Source: the human T2T-CHM13v2.0 reference genome, Homo sapiens. From it: a stretch of 64,000 bases of DNA. Numbering within the stretch: position 1 is the first letter of the stretch; every line of letters starts with the position of its first letter. The stretch lies in the NCBI RefSeq assembly GCF_009914755.1, contig NC_060927.1; one strand, 5' to 3'. Shown in pieces: positions 53,542 through 64,000 of this stretch. Both the position numbers and the translations under genes were made by a program. The notes beneath the pieces were generated by a model that searched no databases, was not told the DNA's origin, and worked only from the letters and a program-made list of their open reading frames with translations.

Positions 53542-53560
53542 CCTAATTAATTTAATTAGG
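53542..53560. promoter_or_regulatory. Perfect 19-bp palindrome CCTAATTAA-T-TTAATTAGG containing a P3 paired-homeodomain dimer site (TAAT-TTA-ATTA, 53548-53558)
   Basis: Read directly; K50 site TAATCC adjacent at 53520-53525. Confidence 0.6.
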
Positions 53561-56500
53561 CGTGGATTTTGCGTTGGTGTCACGACTTAGTTAAACACTG
53601 GGGAGCTGGATAGACCCCGCGGGGTGGGGCCAAGAGGAAACTGACAAGTGCGCAGCTCTTAGAGTCAGTCAGGTATCCCGACACTGCATCCTTCCCTACA
53701 GCCTTGCTTCGAGTCAGGGTGCCTCGCAATGCTCAGCTTCGCATTGCTTTTCCTCGTCCCTGCCCTGCATCAACCGCCCAGCAGTTTACAGGCCCCGCAT
53801 CCCATTCCCGCATCCTGACCCCGCATCCCAATTCTGCATCCCCGCCTCTCCCTCACAATCCCACCCCTGCCGGCCGTAGCTCCACCGCCCAGCATCATCC
53901 TGCCCAGAGACAGGGTTGCCTGCACCTTCTCCGACCCGCGCAGCTTCTCTTAGGAGCTTCCCGGCTCGCAGGCAGGCTGAGTCCGGGTCTTCTCCAAGCT
54001 CCTCGCCCCTCGGTCCGTGTTATTCGCTCTATTATTCGTGTCCTGGAGCCCAGCTGACTCCTCTATGGACAGACCCCGCTAAAAGGGACCGGTCGATTTA
54101 ACAAGTTTCCCCAGCAGCTGTTAGCTGACAGATCTCATTTTAAAGTGTTTCCTTAGCGCCCGGTCAAGGACAGCTCGACTTCGTTCGTTTCCTCTCTGAG
54201 GTCTCAGAACTCCCACCCTTCTCCCTTACTCTCTGCACTCGGACCCCTCTATGGTGAATTACAGGACTTCTTCTTTAGCATCTTGGGAAACATCCGAGTT
54301 TATTTACTAATTTGAAAAACAAGAGATTATCCCTCTTCGAGTCTGAAAAAAAAAATCGACGTTAAGTTTGTACCCCCTCTAATTTCATTTATTACGGAGA
54401 GCTAAAAAAGAGACGCTCGCCAGGAGTAAAGGTCTCTCTGCCTACCCCCCCCCCCCCCACCACCCCGCTTACGATTTAAAATTCTATTTCTGGGCTATTT
54501 TCATCGGAACGGTTTGTTACGTTAGAGGAACATCTATATTCCTGAGTCATTTGTCTGTATTGTGCCGGACAGGGCTTGCTGTGAGAAGTGTGGCTATGCA
54601 AATACATACTCACAAAAGAATATTTACATATGATGTTATATTTAAGTGTGTAAACAAATATACCTCTAAGTGTGGCTTAGGGGACATTTTCAAGTACTCT
54701 GAATATTAATGCAGACTTTCTGGAAGTTAAAGGTAACTTGATCATTATTTTGGATCTAATACTCTTAGTAAAAATAAGAGGAATTACAGAACATTAATAT
54801 GTATATCTTCCGTATATTGGTTAAGGCATCAAAACAAATTAGCAGATAATTTAAGAAGTTCCGTCAAAACAACCTGAAACACTTGCAAAAAGAGAACACA
54901 ATTATAACTTAATATATTAGTGTTTCTCAAATAGATGTAGATAGAAGCTGGATATAACCTTATGTTATACTACAATACTCACATTAAAATGTTCATGTTT
55001 GGTGAGTTTAAGGATTATGTATATCATGCTTTTTAGAAACGTTGTTTTCCCTTTTTAAAACATTTCATTTTTTGCCACTTTTAGGAGAGCTAATGTCTAT
55101 AATTTTTCCGCAGCTATAGCTTTTAGGTATGAATACATTGTTATCAGTACTTGCTTTTGTTTTGTTACACCACAAAAGGGACAAAGTTTCAAAGTTATAC
55201 GAATTTAGAAACAATTTCACATTGAGTCTTGGGTTACTCTTTGTAACTACTTTCTGATATTATCAGAGGAAAATAATCATACAACTTTAGTCCTTTATGA
55301 AAATCTGTTTTTAAGATTATTTAGCAGAAGGGCCAGTAATAGGGAGAGCTAAGAGGATACGGTGCTCAAGGTGCTCTCAAACTGAGGTGTTAAATACATA
55401 TTCACAAATAACTCAAAAATAACCACTGTTAGAAGTCGGTTAAGGAATCAGGAGACCCACCAGCTACTTGTTTGCCTTTTTAAGTACATGACTTTTAGGT
55501 TTGAAGTCATATTTCATCTACTGAGCTTGAGGGAAAGATGACCACTTTGAAGGTAATCAGGGAAGTCACAGACACAACTATTGTGTAATTCAAACCAATA
55601 GATTTTCCCATGATCTCAGCTTTTTGGCTCATTGCATATTTAGGAATAGTAGTGTTGATAACAGATGGAGCCATGAGAAATCTTTAGTGTCTGACCACAG
55701 ATTTCCACTGGCCTAAGGGAAGTTACTTTAAAAAATATTTCAAGGTTTTAAATTCATACATTAATAAATGCTCACAAAGTTCCAATGATGTTGTTTCATT
55801 AAACAGCAAATATCTTCCAGAAACAGGGCATTTCAAAATACAGTTTTTGTTTAAAAAAAAAAAAAGCATTTATGGTAAAGCTCAGCTGACAGTCTGTGGA
55901 CAGATGCACAGGTTCCAATAAAATTCAGGACCCCAAGGGTTTCCCCAGCTCTTGAATTATTTAAAATATACACGTAGTGTTGTAGTAGTTAAGTTTTAAA
56001 ACGGTGCCTCAAAACTGGCTAGTTAAGGTACATTATTTACGAAAAATATATTGTGGAGGTGATTTTTCACCATCTCAAATGTCTGCGGAAAACTGTAGCT
56101 TGGTTATCTAGCAGTGGTGAATGAGTTGATTCTCATAGTCGACCAAAACCCAGGCCAACAATTTATTTATCTTTTTAGCTTTGCTTAAGAGTAAATGAGG
56201 AAAAAATTTCCATGTAAGGAAAAATAAGTAATGTAGTATGAATTACAGAAAATGCTGAGTCTCTTTAATTTCTATTGGTTTAAATAAAAAAACTCCACAC
56301 ACCTATAAATTTGAGTTCTCTTTCAGAAGAAACCGCTCCCCGCCTCGCCTCAGGCAGCTCTCTCCTATTCCTCTACTAACCAGTTACTTTAATCTGAGAA
56401 ACTAATTTGCACTCAACTTGTGAGTGCCTTCACCTTCAGGGCAGAAGAAACACCGACTTTTAATGCATTTTTGCAAATAAATCATTACAATTTAATCACA

Positions 56501-56749
56501 CACGACTCTATACAGACACACTCCCATGATTTATTATCGTTGGGCGAGTTTCCCCCTCCCCCAGCGTGAGATAACCAATTTTGTTTCGGGTAGGTGTCAT
56601 AAACAAAACTTCCTACGATGCAGATTTGTTTACTGATTACCCATGACGATAACGACGACTACTAAGACAATAACACTCTCCAGTCCCACCTTTATTGCTT
56701 TTGGTAACAATAAAATCAAAATAAACAGGCACGCAAAACAAACGCCAAA

Positions 56750-57290
56750 CAAAAAATCGGCCGCGTTACAATCTACTCCCTCGGCATTCCCAGCGCCTGG
56801 CAGCGTCCATCGATGCACTCGATATCTCGGCTGAAGCTGCCTGGCGCTAGAACCAGGAAGGCGCTGAGCTTAAACTGAAGCAAGTTCGGTGGACGCCGGC
56901 GGCGCCCTGATCTAAAGAAACGACTCAGGGACTGCGGCGCTTGCACGTCAACGGGAGGTGTGAGCCCAAAGGTCTGGACCCAGGTGATGCCCACGACCAG
57001 GGCCTGGGGAGCGGCAGCCGTGGCTGCGGAGCTCCGAGGCCCTGATCCGGCGAGAGGCGACGCGGGGCCTGGCGCAGTTTGCGGCTCAGTGTCTGTGGAG
57101 GGTGGGCTGCGGCCTCGGGGCGTGCGCAGTGTCACCGTGCGCATGCGTCCCGCACCTGGGAGGCTCCGGACTCCTTGGGTCAAGGCTGGTGGCTGTAGGG
57201 TGGGTGGGTGGCCGCAGGCCTCAAGCTTGGCCTTCTGTCTTGAGGACATGTCGGAGAGTTCGCCGACTCCTCCCCTCGCCCCACGTTCCT
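56750..57290. promoter_or_regulatory. Housekeeping-type CpG island promoter with NRF1 motif TGCGCATGCG at 57138-57147
   Basis: CpG density and match to the NRF1 consensus. Confidence 0.75.
56790..56983 (+). other. RSRC1: Non-coding first exon of the divergent gene (RSRC1); donors AAAG|GTCTGG (56971) and CCAG|GTGATG (56983)
   Basis: CpG island with splice donors; head-to-head synteny with SHOX2 and 5'UTR recognised from memory; no RSRC1 coding exon in the window; 5' end approximate. Confidence 0.75.
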
Positions 57291-59425
57291 GGCTCTTCAT
57301 AGCTGCTTTTGGGTTTCCTGGCTCATCTTGCAATATAAGCCTGGCGCTTCCTCACTAGCTCTAGGTAGGGTGGAGCAAGAGGGAGGCTGGATTCTGGTGC
57401 CCTCTATCCCATCCACTCCACTGTCCCTGCCTTAGATCCAGCTCTCTTTCTGATTCCGCCCTACCCTTTCTGGCTCACACTGGCTTGCTGAGAGAAGTGG
57501 TGCAGGGTGAAATAGATGTTCCTCTCTTGAAATATAAATATGCTCGCCTTAAACACACTATATATTCCTTTGACTTCTGTACTGGTGGCATGTGACCAAG
57601 AGCATATGGCTCTGTTTACTTTTGCAAGATGTTACAATGCACCGTAAGGCATGTTGCCTGCTCTTGATTTTAGGTTAACCTTGACGTAATTTCTCTCTCA
57701 GAGGTTGTGTATCTTTAAATGCACACTGGAAACCTAAACAAAAAAATATTTTTTTACACTTTCAGAATTAGCAGTAACCCAATTGTGTTCCAGCTAACTA
57801 GGTAGTAGATAAATAAATTCAAATGTCTTATGTTGTCACAAGAAAGCATTCGAGTTGTCATCTTTGAACTTAGATGTATTATAAAAGTTCTAAGTGAAGG
57901 AGGTAAGCAGAGTTCCCAGGTTTAAGATTTGGAGCAGGTGTGACAGTTGCAACCTTGGGGGAAACTAGGTATCCTTTAAGAGCCTCTCTAGTCTTAGAGT
58001 TTATAAATATTCACTTTCTTTGCAGGCAAAGATTTCATGCTAAGTGATATAACACTTTATGTTTTTCAATAAGAGGGCTAAAAATGTCAGAATCTGAAAC
58101 GACAAAAACAGCTGGCACCTTCTGTTAATTGGCCTTGCCAACTCAACCAGTCTCACAAAGAGGGGTGTTATGAATTGGAAAAGTTCTGAAAGCGGGTTGT
58201 TTATAGTAGATCTATAGTTGTATTTCCTGCTTTCATGTTCAAACCATTGGGGATAAATTCCTATGATTGATCATGCTTTTTTAAAAAGAGAGATGCTTGC
58301 AAGTTTTTAATTGTGATGGGAGAAGTGTTTTGACAGAATTCTTTATCTCTTTTGAGATAAAGAGTTGTGTACTTGTTTATGGATTTCTTAATATGTTAGT
58401 TTTCACCCCAGTTTTACTTTTCTTCTTTGAGGTGGATTTCCCATTGAAATAACCATTGTTTTCACTTTTTCTGGCCATGTGTCCAGAATCAAGAAAATTA
58501 TAGTTTGATATACTGAGTGAGTAGTGGAGAAGTAATTATAAGCTATCATGTCCTTTGGAAATCTTTGTTCTTCAAACTGATTGCCTGTTTTCTGAAAGAG
58601 ATAACTGCTTCTTGTACCCTTATCAATAACTGGACAAAGGAACTACTTGTGTAGTCCTTTGAGTTCTCTTTTCTTGAATGACCACATGTTGGCTTTACCT
58701 CTTCAATCAGGCACGTGAACTTTACATTAAGATATTTCTGTAAATTGATCTCCTCCTGTAGTCATTACATGCCATGGCTTCAGTTCTGTAGTGGGAGTTG
58801 TTGGGTGAGTTTTGCAACCACGAGGCTACAACCAGGAAGAACTAGAGTGAGAACAGGAAACCAAGAGCTATAGGAGCTCTGTCCCATGTTGTCTCTTTCA
58901 CCTACAGATAGATTGAAAATTGTTAGCTTGTAGGACTCTAAAAGCCTGTGCTCCATTCATCATTCATTGCCCTTATCAGAAAGAACTATCAATGTGTCTT
59001 TCCATTCATTGCACCTTACTGGTGGAGTTAAGTATAAAGAATTCTTCCTTACTAGGACTATGTAATATAAATTGATTACCATGTCTTGAATTGGCAAGTA
59101 TATTTAATTACATGCTGATGATATTATGGAAATCCAGGGGTAAGTTTATGTCTGTGGTGGTGAGTAGGACTTCAGTACCTGTCATTTATAGAGAAGACAA
59201 TTTTGGGATCTACTTTGTGATTTGCTGTTAGTATTCACTCCCTTTTGTGAATAAATGTTTGAAGTTAACTATAACAAAGAAATATGGTGACCTTTTGCTT
59301 TCTTTTATTGGGATTAATTATATTTCAGTGTAATTTTTCTGAAATGTAAATGTGTCACTTGAAATATTTATAGTTTTGTCACACTGGTTTTTCAAACTTT
59401 TCTTGGTTTCTCTAAGGAAGGATTT

Positions 59426-61930
59426 ATTTTAAGTTCTGGGGTACATGTGCAGGATGTGGAGGTTTATTACATAAGTAAACATGTGCCATGGTGGTTTACT
59501 GCACCTAAATATTAAGCCCAGCATGCGTTATCTATTTTTCCTGATGCTCTCCCTTCCCCCATGCCCCCACCTCAGGCCCCATTGTGTGTTGTTCCCCTCC
59601 CAGGTCCATGTGTTCTCAATATTCAGCTCCCACTTATGAGTGAGAATATGCGGTGTTTGGTTTTCTCTTCCTGCGTTAGTTTGATGAGGATAATGGCTTC
59701 CAGCTCCATCCATGTCCGTGCAAATGATGATCTCATTCTTTTTTTGTGGCTCCATAATATTCTGTGATGTATATGTACCACATTTTCTTTATTCAGTCTA
59801 TCATTGATGGGCATTTAGTTTGATTTTGTGTCTTTGCTATTGTGAATAATGCTGCAGTGAACATAAACGTGCATGTGTCTTTATAACAATGATTTCTATT
59901 CCTTTGGATATATACCCAGTAATGGGATTGCTGGGTCAAATGGTATTTCTGGTTCTAGGTCTTTGGGGAATCACCACACTGCTGATTCCTCAAAGTATCA
60001 CCCGTTCTGGACAATGCCTGTGGCATCATCTTCCACAATGGTTGAACTAATTTACATTCTCACCAACAGTTTATTAATAAAAGTGTTCCTGTCTCTCCAC
60101 AGCCTTGCCAGCATCTGTTGTTTTTTGACTTTTTTTTTTTTTTTTGAGACGGGAGTCTCACTCTGTCACCAGGCTGGAGTGCAGTGGCGCGATCTCGGCT
60201 TACTGCAACCTCTGACTCCCTGGTTCAAGCAACTCTCCTGCCTCAGCCTCCTGAGTAGCTGGGATTACAGGCACGCTTCACCACGCCCAGCTAATTTTTG
60301 TATTTTTAATAGAAACAGGGTTTCACCATGCTGGCCAGGATGGTCTCTATCTCCTGACCTCGTGATCCACCCCCCTCAGCCTCCCAAAGTACTAGGATTA
60401 CAGGTGTGAGCCACTGTGCCAGGCCATTTCTTGACTTCTTAATAATTGCATTCTGACTGGCATGAGATGATATCTCATTGTAGTTTTGATTTGCATTTCT
60501 CTAATGATCAGTGATGTTGAGTTTTTTCTCATATGTTTGTTGGCTGCATAAATGACTTCTTTTGAGAAGTGTCTGTTCATGTTCTTTGCCCATTTTTTAA
60601 TGGGATTCCTTTTTTTTTCTTGCAAATTTGTTTAACTTCCTTATAGACTCTGGATATTAGACCTTTGTCAGTTGTATAGGTTGCAAAAATTTTCCTCTAT
60701 AGATTGTCTGTTCGTTCTGATGATAATTTCTTTTGCTGTGCAGAAACTCTTTAGTTTAATTAGATCCCATTTGTAGTTTTTGTTTTTGTTGCAATTGCTT
60801 TTGACGTTTTTGCCATGAAATCTTTGCCCATGCCTTTGTCCTGTATGGTATTGCCTAGATTTTCTTCTAAGGTTTTTATAGTTTTGGGTTTTACATTTAA
60901 GTCTTTAATCTATCTTGAGTTAATTTTTTGTGTAAGATATAAGGAAGGGGTCCACTTTCAATTTTCTACATATGGCTAGCCAGTTCTCCCAGTACCATTT
61001 ATTAAATAGGGAGTCCTTTCCTCATTGCTTGTTTTTGTCAGGTTTGTCAAAGAACAGATGGTTGTAGATGTGCGGTCTTATTTCTGAGTTGTCTATTCTG
61101 TTCCATTGGTCTATGTGTCTGTCTTTATACTAGTACCATGCTGTTTTGGCTACTGTAGCCTGGTAGTATAGTTTGAAGTCAGGTAGCATGATGCCTCCAG
61201 CTTTGTTCTTTTTGCTAAGGATTGTCTTGGCTATATGGGCTCTTTTTTGGTTCCATATGAATTTTGAAATAGTTTTTTTTTCTGATTCTGTGAAGAATGT
61301 TAATGGTAGTTTGATGGGAATAGCATTGAATCTTTAGGTCACTTTGGGTGGTATTGCCATTTTCACGATATTGATTCTTCCTATCTGTGAGCATGGAACG
61401 TTTTTCCACTTGTTTGTGTCCTCTCTGATTTCCTTGAGCAGTGGTTTGTAGTTCTCCTTGAAGAGGTCCTTCACTTCCCTTGTTAGCTGTATTCCTAGGT
61501 ATTTTATTCTTTTTATAGCAGTTGTAAATGGGAGTTCATTCATGATTTGGCTCTCTGCTTGTCTGTTGTTAGTGTATAGGAATGCTAGTGATTTTTGCAC
61601 ATTGATTTTGTATCCTGAAACATTACTGAAGTTGCTTGTCAGCTTAATAAGCTTTTGAGCTGAGATGATTAGGTTTTCTAGATATAGGATTATGTCATCT
61701 GCAAAGACGATTTGACTTCCTGTCTTCCTATTCGAATACCCTTTGTTTTTTTTCTCTTGCCTGATTGCTGTGGCCAGAGTTTTCAATACTATGTTGAATA
61801 GGAATGGTGAGAGAGGACATCCTTGTCTTGTGCTGGTTTTCAAGAGGAATTCTTCCAGCTTTTTCTCATTCCGTATGATATTGGCTGTGGGTTTGTTGTA
61901 AATGGCTCTTGTTATTTTGAGGTATGTTCC
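59426..61930 (-). mobile_element. 5'-truncated older L1PA (3'UTR plus ORF2 C-terminal half) in the first intron of RSRC1
   Basis: ORF2 peptides ([33 protein letters not shown]); TSD AAGGAAGGA at 59414-59422 and 61931-61939. Confidence 0.95.
60130..60425 (-). mobile_element. AluSc-like inserted in the L1
   Basis: Reverse Alu; TSD TTT(T/C)TTGACTT. Confidence 0.93.
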
Positions 61931-62187
61931 AAGGAAGGACTTTCGTTATCTTTCATTAACCTGTGTTAAATGTAATCAACCAGCCTTCTATTATGGATAA
62001 ATTATGTTGTTTGTAATTAGAACAAATAAAAAATTTATACTCGCCTTCTCCTGTTCTCTCTTTTTGGTCACCCCCAAGACAGATAGATCTGTGTCCCTTC
62101 CTTTTTTTCTGCTTGTTTGTGCCTTACTCAGAGATGTAGTATAAAGGACAGAAATAGAGAATGGGAATGACTGTAGGTATCTTAGAG

Positions 62188-63552
62188 CAGAGGTTCTCAA
62201 ACATTTTAGTCTTAGGGTCTCTTTACACTCTGAAACATTGTTGAGGACTCCAATAACATTTATTTGGATTATATCTATGAATATTTACCTTATTAATTAA
62301 AACGAAATTTTGAAATCTTCATGAATTCATTTAATAACAATAAACCCAAAATATGGTAACATAAATAGTATCTTTGATATGAAAAATAACTGTGTTTTCC
62401 AAAACAAACTTAGTGAGAAAAGTGGCCTATTTTCCTTTTTTGCAAATCTCTAATGTCTGGTTTAATAGAAGATGGCTGGATTCTCATATCTGCTTCTTCA
62501 TTCAATCCACTGAGATAAATTGTTTTGATTGAAGTTTGTGAAGCAAATCTGGCTTTACACAGATAAGTGTTTTAGTAACCCTTTTCAGGTAATTATGTCT
62601 TTTGTATTACACCAAAAATTGATTGTGTTAATTTCTTGAAGTTCTGTTTTAATATGGTTTTTGAAACCATATGGATGACCTTTGGTACTCCATTATGTTA
62701 AAATCTATTGGTCTGACTTACACTCTGAGTGGATCTTTACCCACGCATGGTTTTGTGACATTTTGCATTGGCCATTTGGAAAATATTGGCTCACTGAGTT
62801 AGGCATATCTTTCTAATGTTAACACCCTTCATTATATATCAAAAATTCATGTTTGTTAATGTCACCGATGATCTCGGAAGTTTTTAAGTATTCAGAAGCT
62901 ATCATTCTCATGGTGGCAATACAAATTATCTAAAATTCAAATTTTTGCTTGCAAGCTTGAATTTTATCATCAGCAATGAATACTCTTTTCCTTGAAATGG
63001 AAGGATCCCTTCATTTTCAAGAAAAGGTTTTCCAGATACTCAAGTCTGCATAATTATAGTGAGTTTTTAAAATAAAATAATGTTTCATAATAAAAGCAGC
63101 TAATTCAAGTTGCAATTCAGTTACACAAATGCTTGTTCTTGAAATAACCAGCGTTCTTCAATATATGGCAGAAGTTATGTGTATCTCTCATTTCATAAGA
63201 ATATTAAAAAGATGTGTATGTACTCGAGTGGAAATTTAGTAAAATTTATGATTTTTACTGCTTTATTGAGGACATTCTTAATTGAAATTGCTTTTTTTTT
63301 TAAACTGTGACTGTATGGCAGTGAGGGATACAGTGACTACTAAGTATAATTTGGTGCCTCTGCCTTGATTTGTGCTAAGGTGCCAGCAGTTTTGTCCACT
63401 ATTACTTTTGCACCATCAGTGCAAAAGTCAGCACAATGAAAAAGGTAAATAATGTTTTAGTGTTACAGTGAATATAGTTTTGACTTCTTGAGTCCCCTGA
63501 AAGTGTTGTAGAGATCCCCAAGGGTCTACAGGCCTCATTTTGAAAATCGCTG
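62188..63552 (-). mobile_element. Charlie1a-like hAT DNA transposon, near full length
   Basis: TIRs cagaggttctcaaa ... tttgaaaatcgctg; internal tgcactgatggtgcaaaag...aaactgctggcaccttagcac motif on the minus strand. Confidence 0.85.
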
Positions 63553-63659
63553 CTACTAGAATGTAAGCTTCTATAGGGAAAGGATTTTTTTTTTCTTGTT
63601 TATTGATGTATTGCTTATATGCTATCAGTCTGGGATGTCTTTCGTATCTTCAGTATAAG

Positions 63660-64000
63660 ATTACTTATATTTTGAATCTGGGTTGTCTGTTGTGATACTC
63701 TTCTTTTCATGGAGCACACTGTCGAGTAACTTCATGAAAAGGGGAGAGTGTGGGGTATAATTTTGAGACCTTACATGTCTGAAAATGTCTTTATTCTAAT
63801 CTCGTAGCAGAACAGTGATTTGGCTGGATAGAGATTCTAGGTTGAGATTCGTTTTCTCAGCATTTTAAAGGCTAGTCTCCGTTGTTTTCTGTGTTGTGAA
63901 AACCCATATGCCTTTTATTGTGCTACCCATATTTTTTTATCTTTAGAAATTTCTAGGCTCTTCTGTATATTCCTGGTGTCTAAAGTTTTTATGAGATATA
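63660..64000 (-). mobile_element. Ancient L1/HAL1-like fragment, runs off the window end
   Basis: ttgagaccttacatgtctgaaaatgtctttattct...ttggctggatagagattctaggttg motif. Confidence 0.55.

Larger units (their letters stand above)
51760..54100. promoter_or_regulatory. SHOX2 promoter / exon 1 CpG island
   Basis: High GC and CpG density surrounding the start codon, with purine tracts upstream. Confidence 0.85.

Noticed and set aside
52313-53583. Poly-Pro, poly-Glu, (ER)n and (LS)n ORFs
   Set aside because: Antisense shadow of the poly-Gly exon and translations of purine repeats.
53794-53846. Four short CCGCATCC-like repeats with variable spacers
   Set aside because: Degenerate low-complexity sequence; not CRISPR-like in length or context.
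56773-57358. 186-aa and 132-aa ORFs at the RSRC1 island
   Set aside because: GC-rich shadow ORFs crossing a splice donor; no RS-rich coding sequence is present in the window.

Overview
Primate (human-like) genomic DNA, not prokaryotic. It contains the complete paired-like homeobox gene SHOX2 on the minus strand: five coding exons at 52762-44765 splice to 331 aa, with an optional 72-nt cassette exon, an alternative 36-nt acceptor and a GC-AG fourth intron. The CpG-island first exon of the divergent gene, recognised as RSRC1, lies at about 56.8-57.0 kb on the plus strand. About 40 kb of SHOX2-downstream non-coding DNA carries Alus, L1s, MaLR LTRs, Tigger1, L2/MIR, a CR1/L3 fossil and several repeat-free homeodomain-motif clusters that look like enhancers. 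Most notable observations: (1) a 428-codon antisense ORF across SHOX2 exon 2, bracketed by a TATA box, a strong Kozak ATG and AATAAA plus a GU-rich element; (2) a C at 3'UTR position *28 that forms a miR-92b-5p seed match; (3) an overlapping polybasic uORF; (4) a perfect P3 homeodomain palindrome in the promoter; (5) a PBX-HOX/MEIS/FOX/SOX cluster about 47 kb downstream; (6) a perfect 27-bp duplication of a MEF2-like site; (7) nested and repair-scarred L1s. Repeat subfamily calls and literature links are from memory and need database checks. No clearly new biological system is demonstrated.
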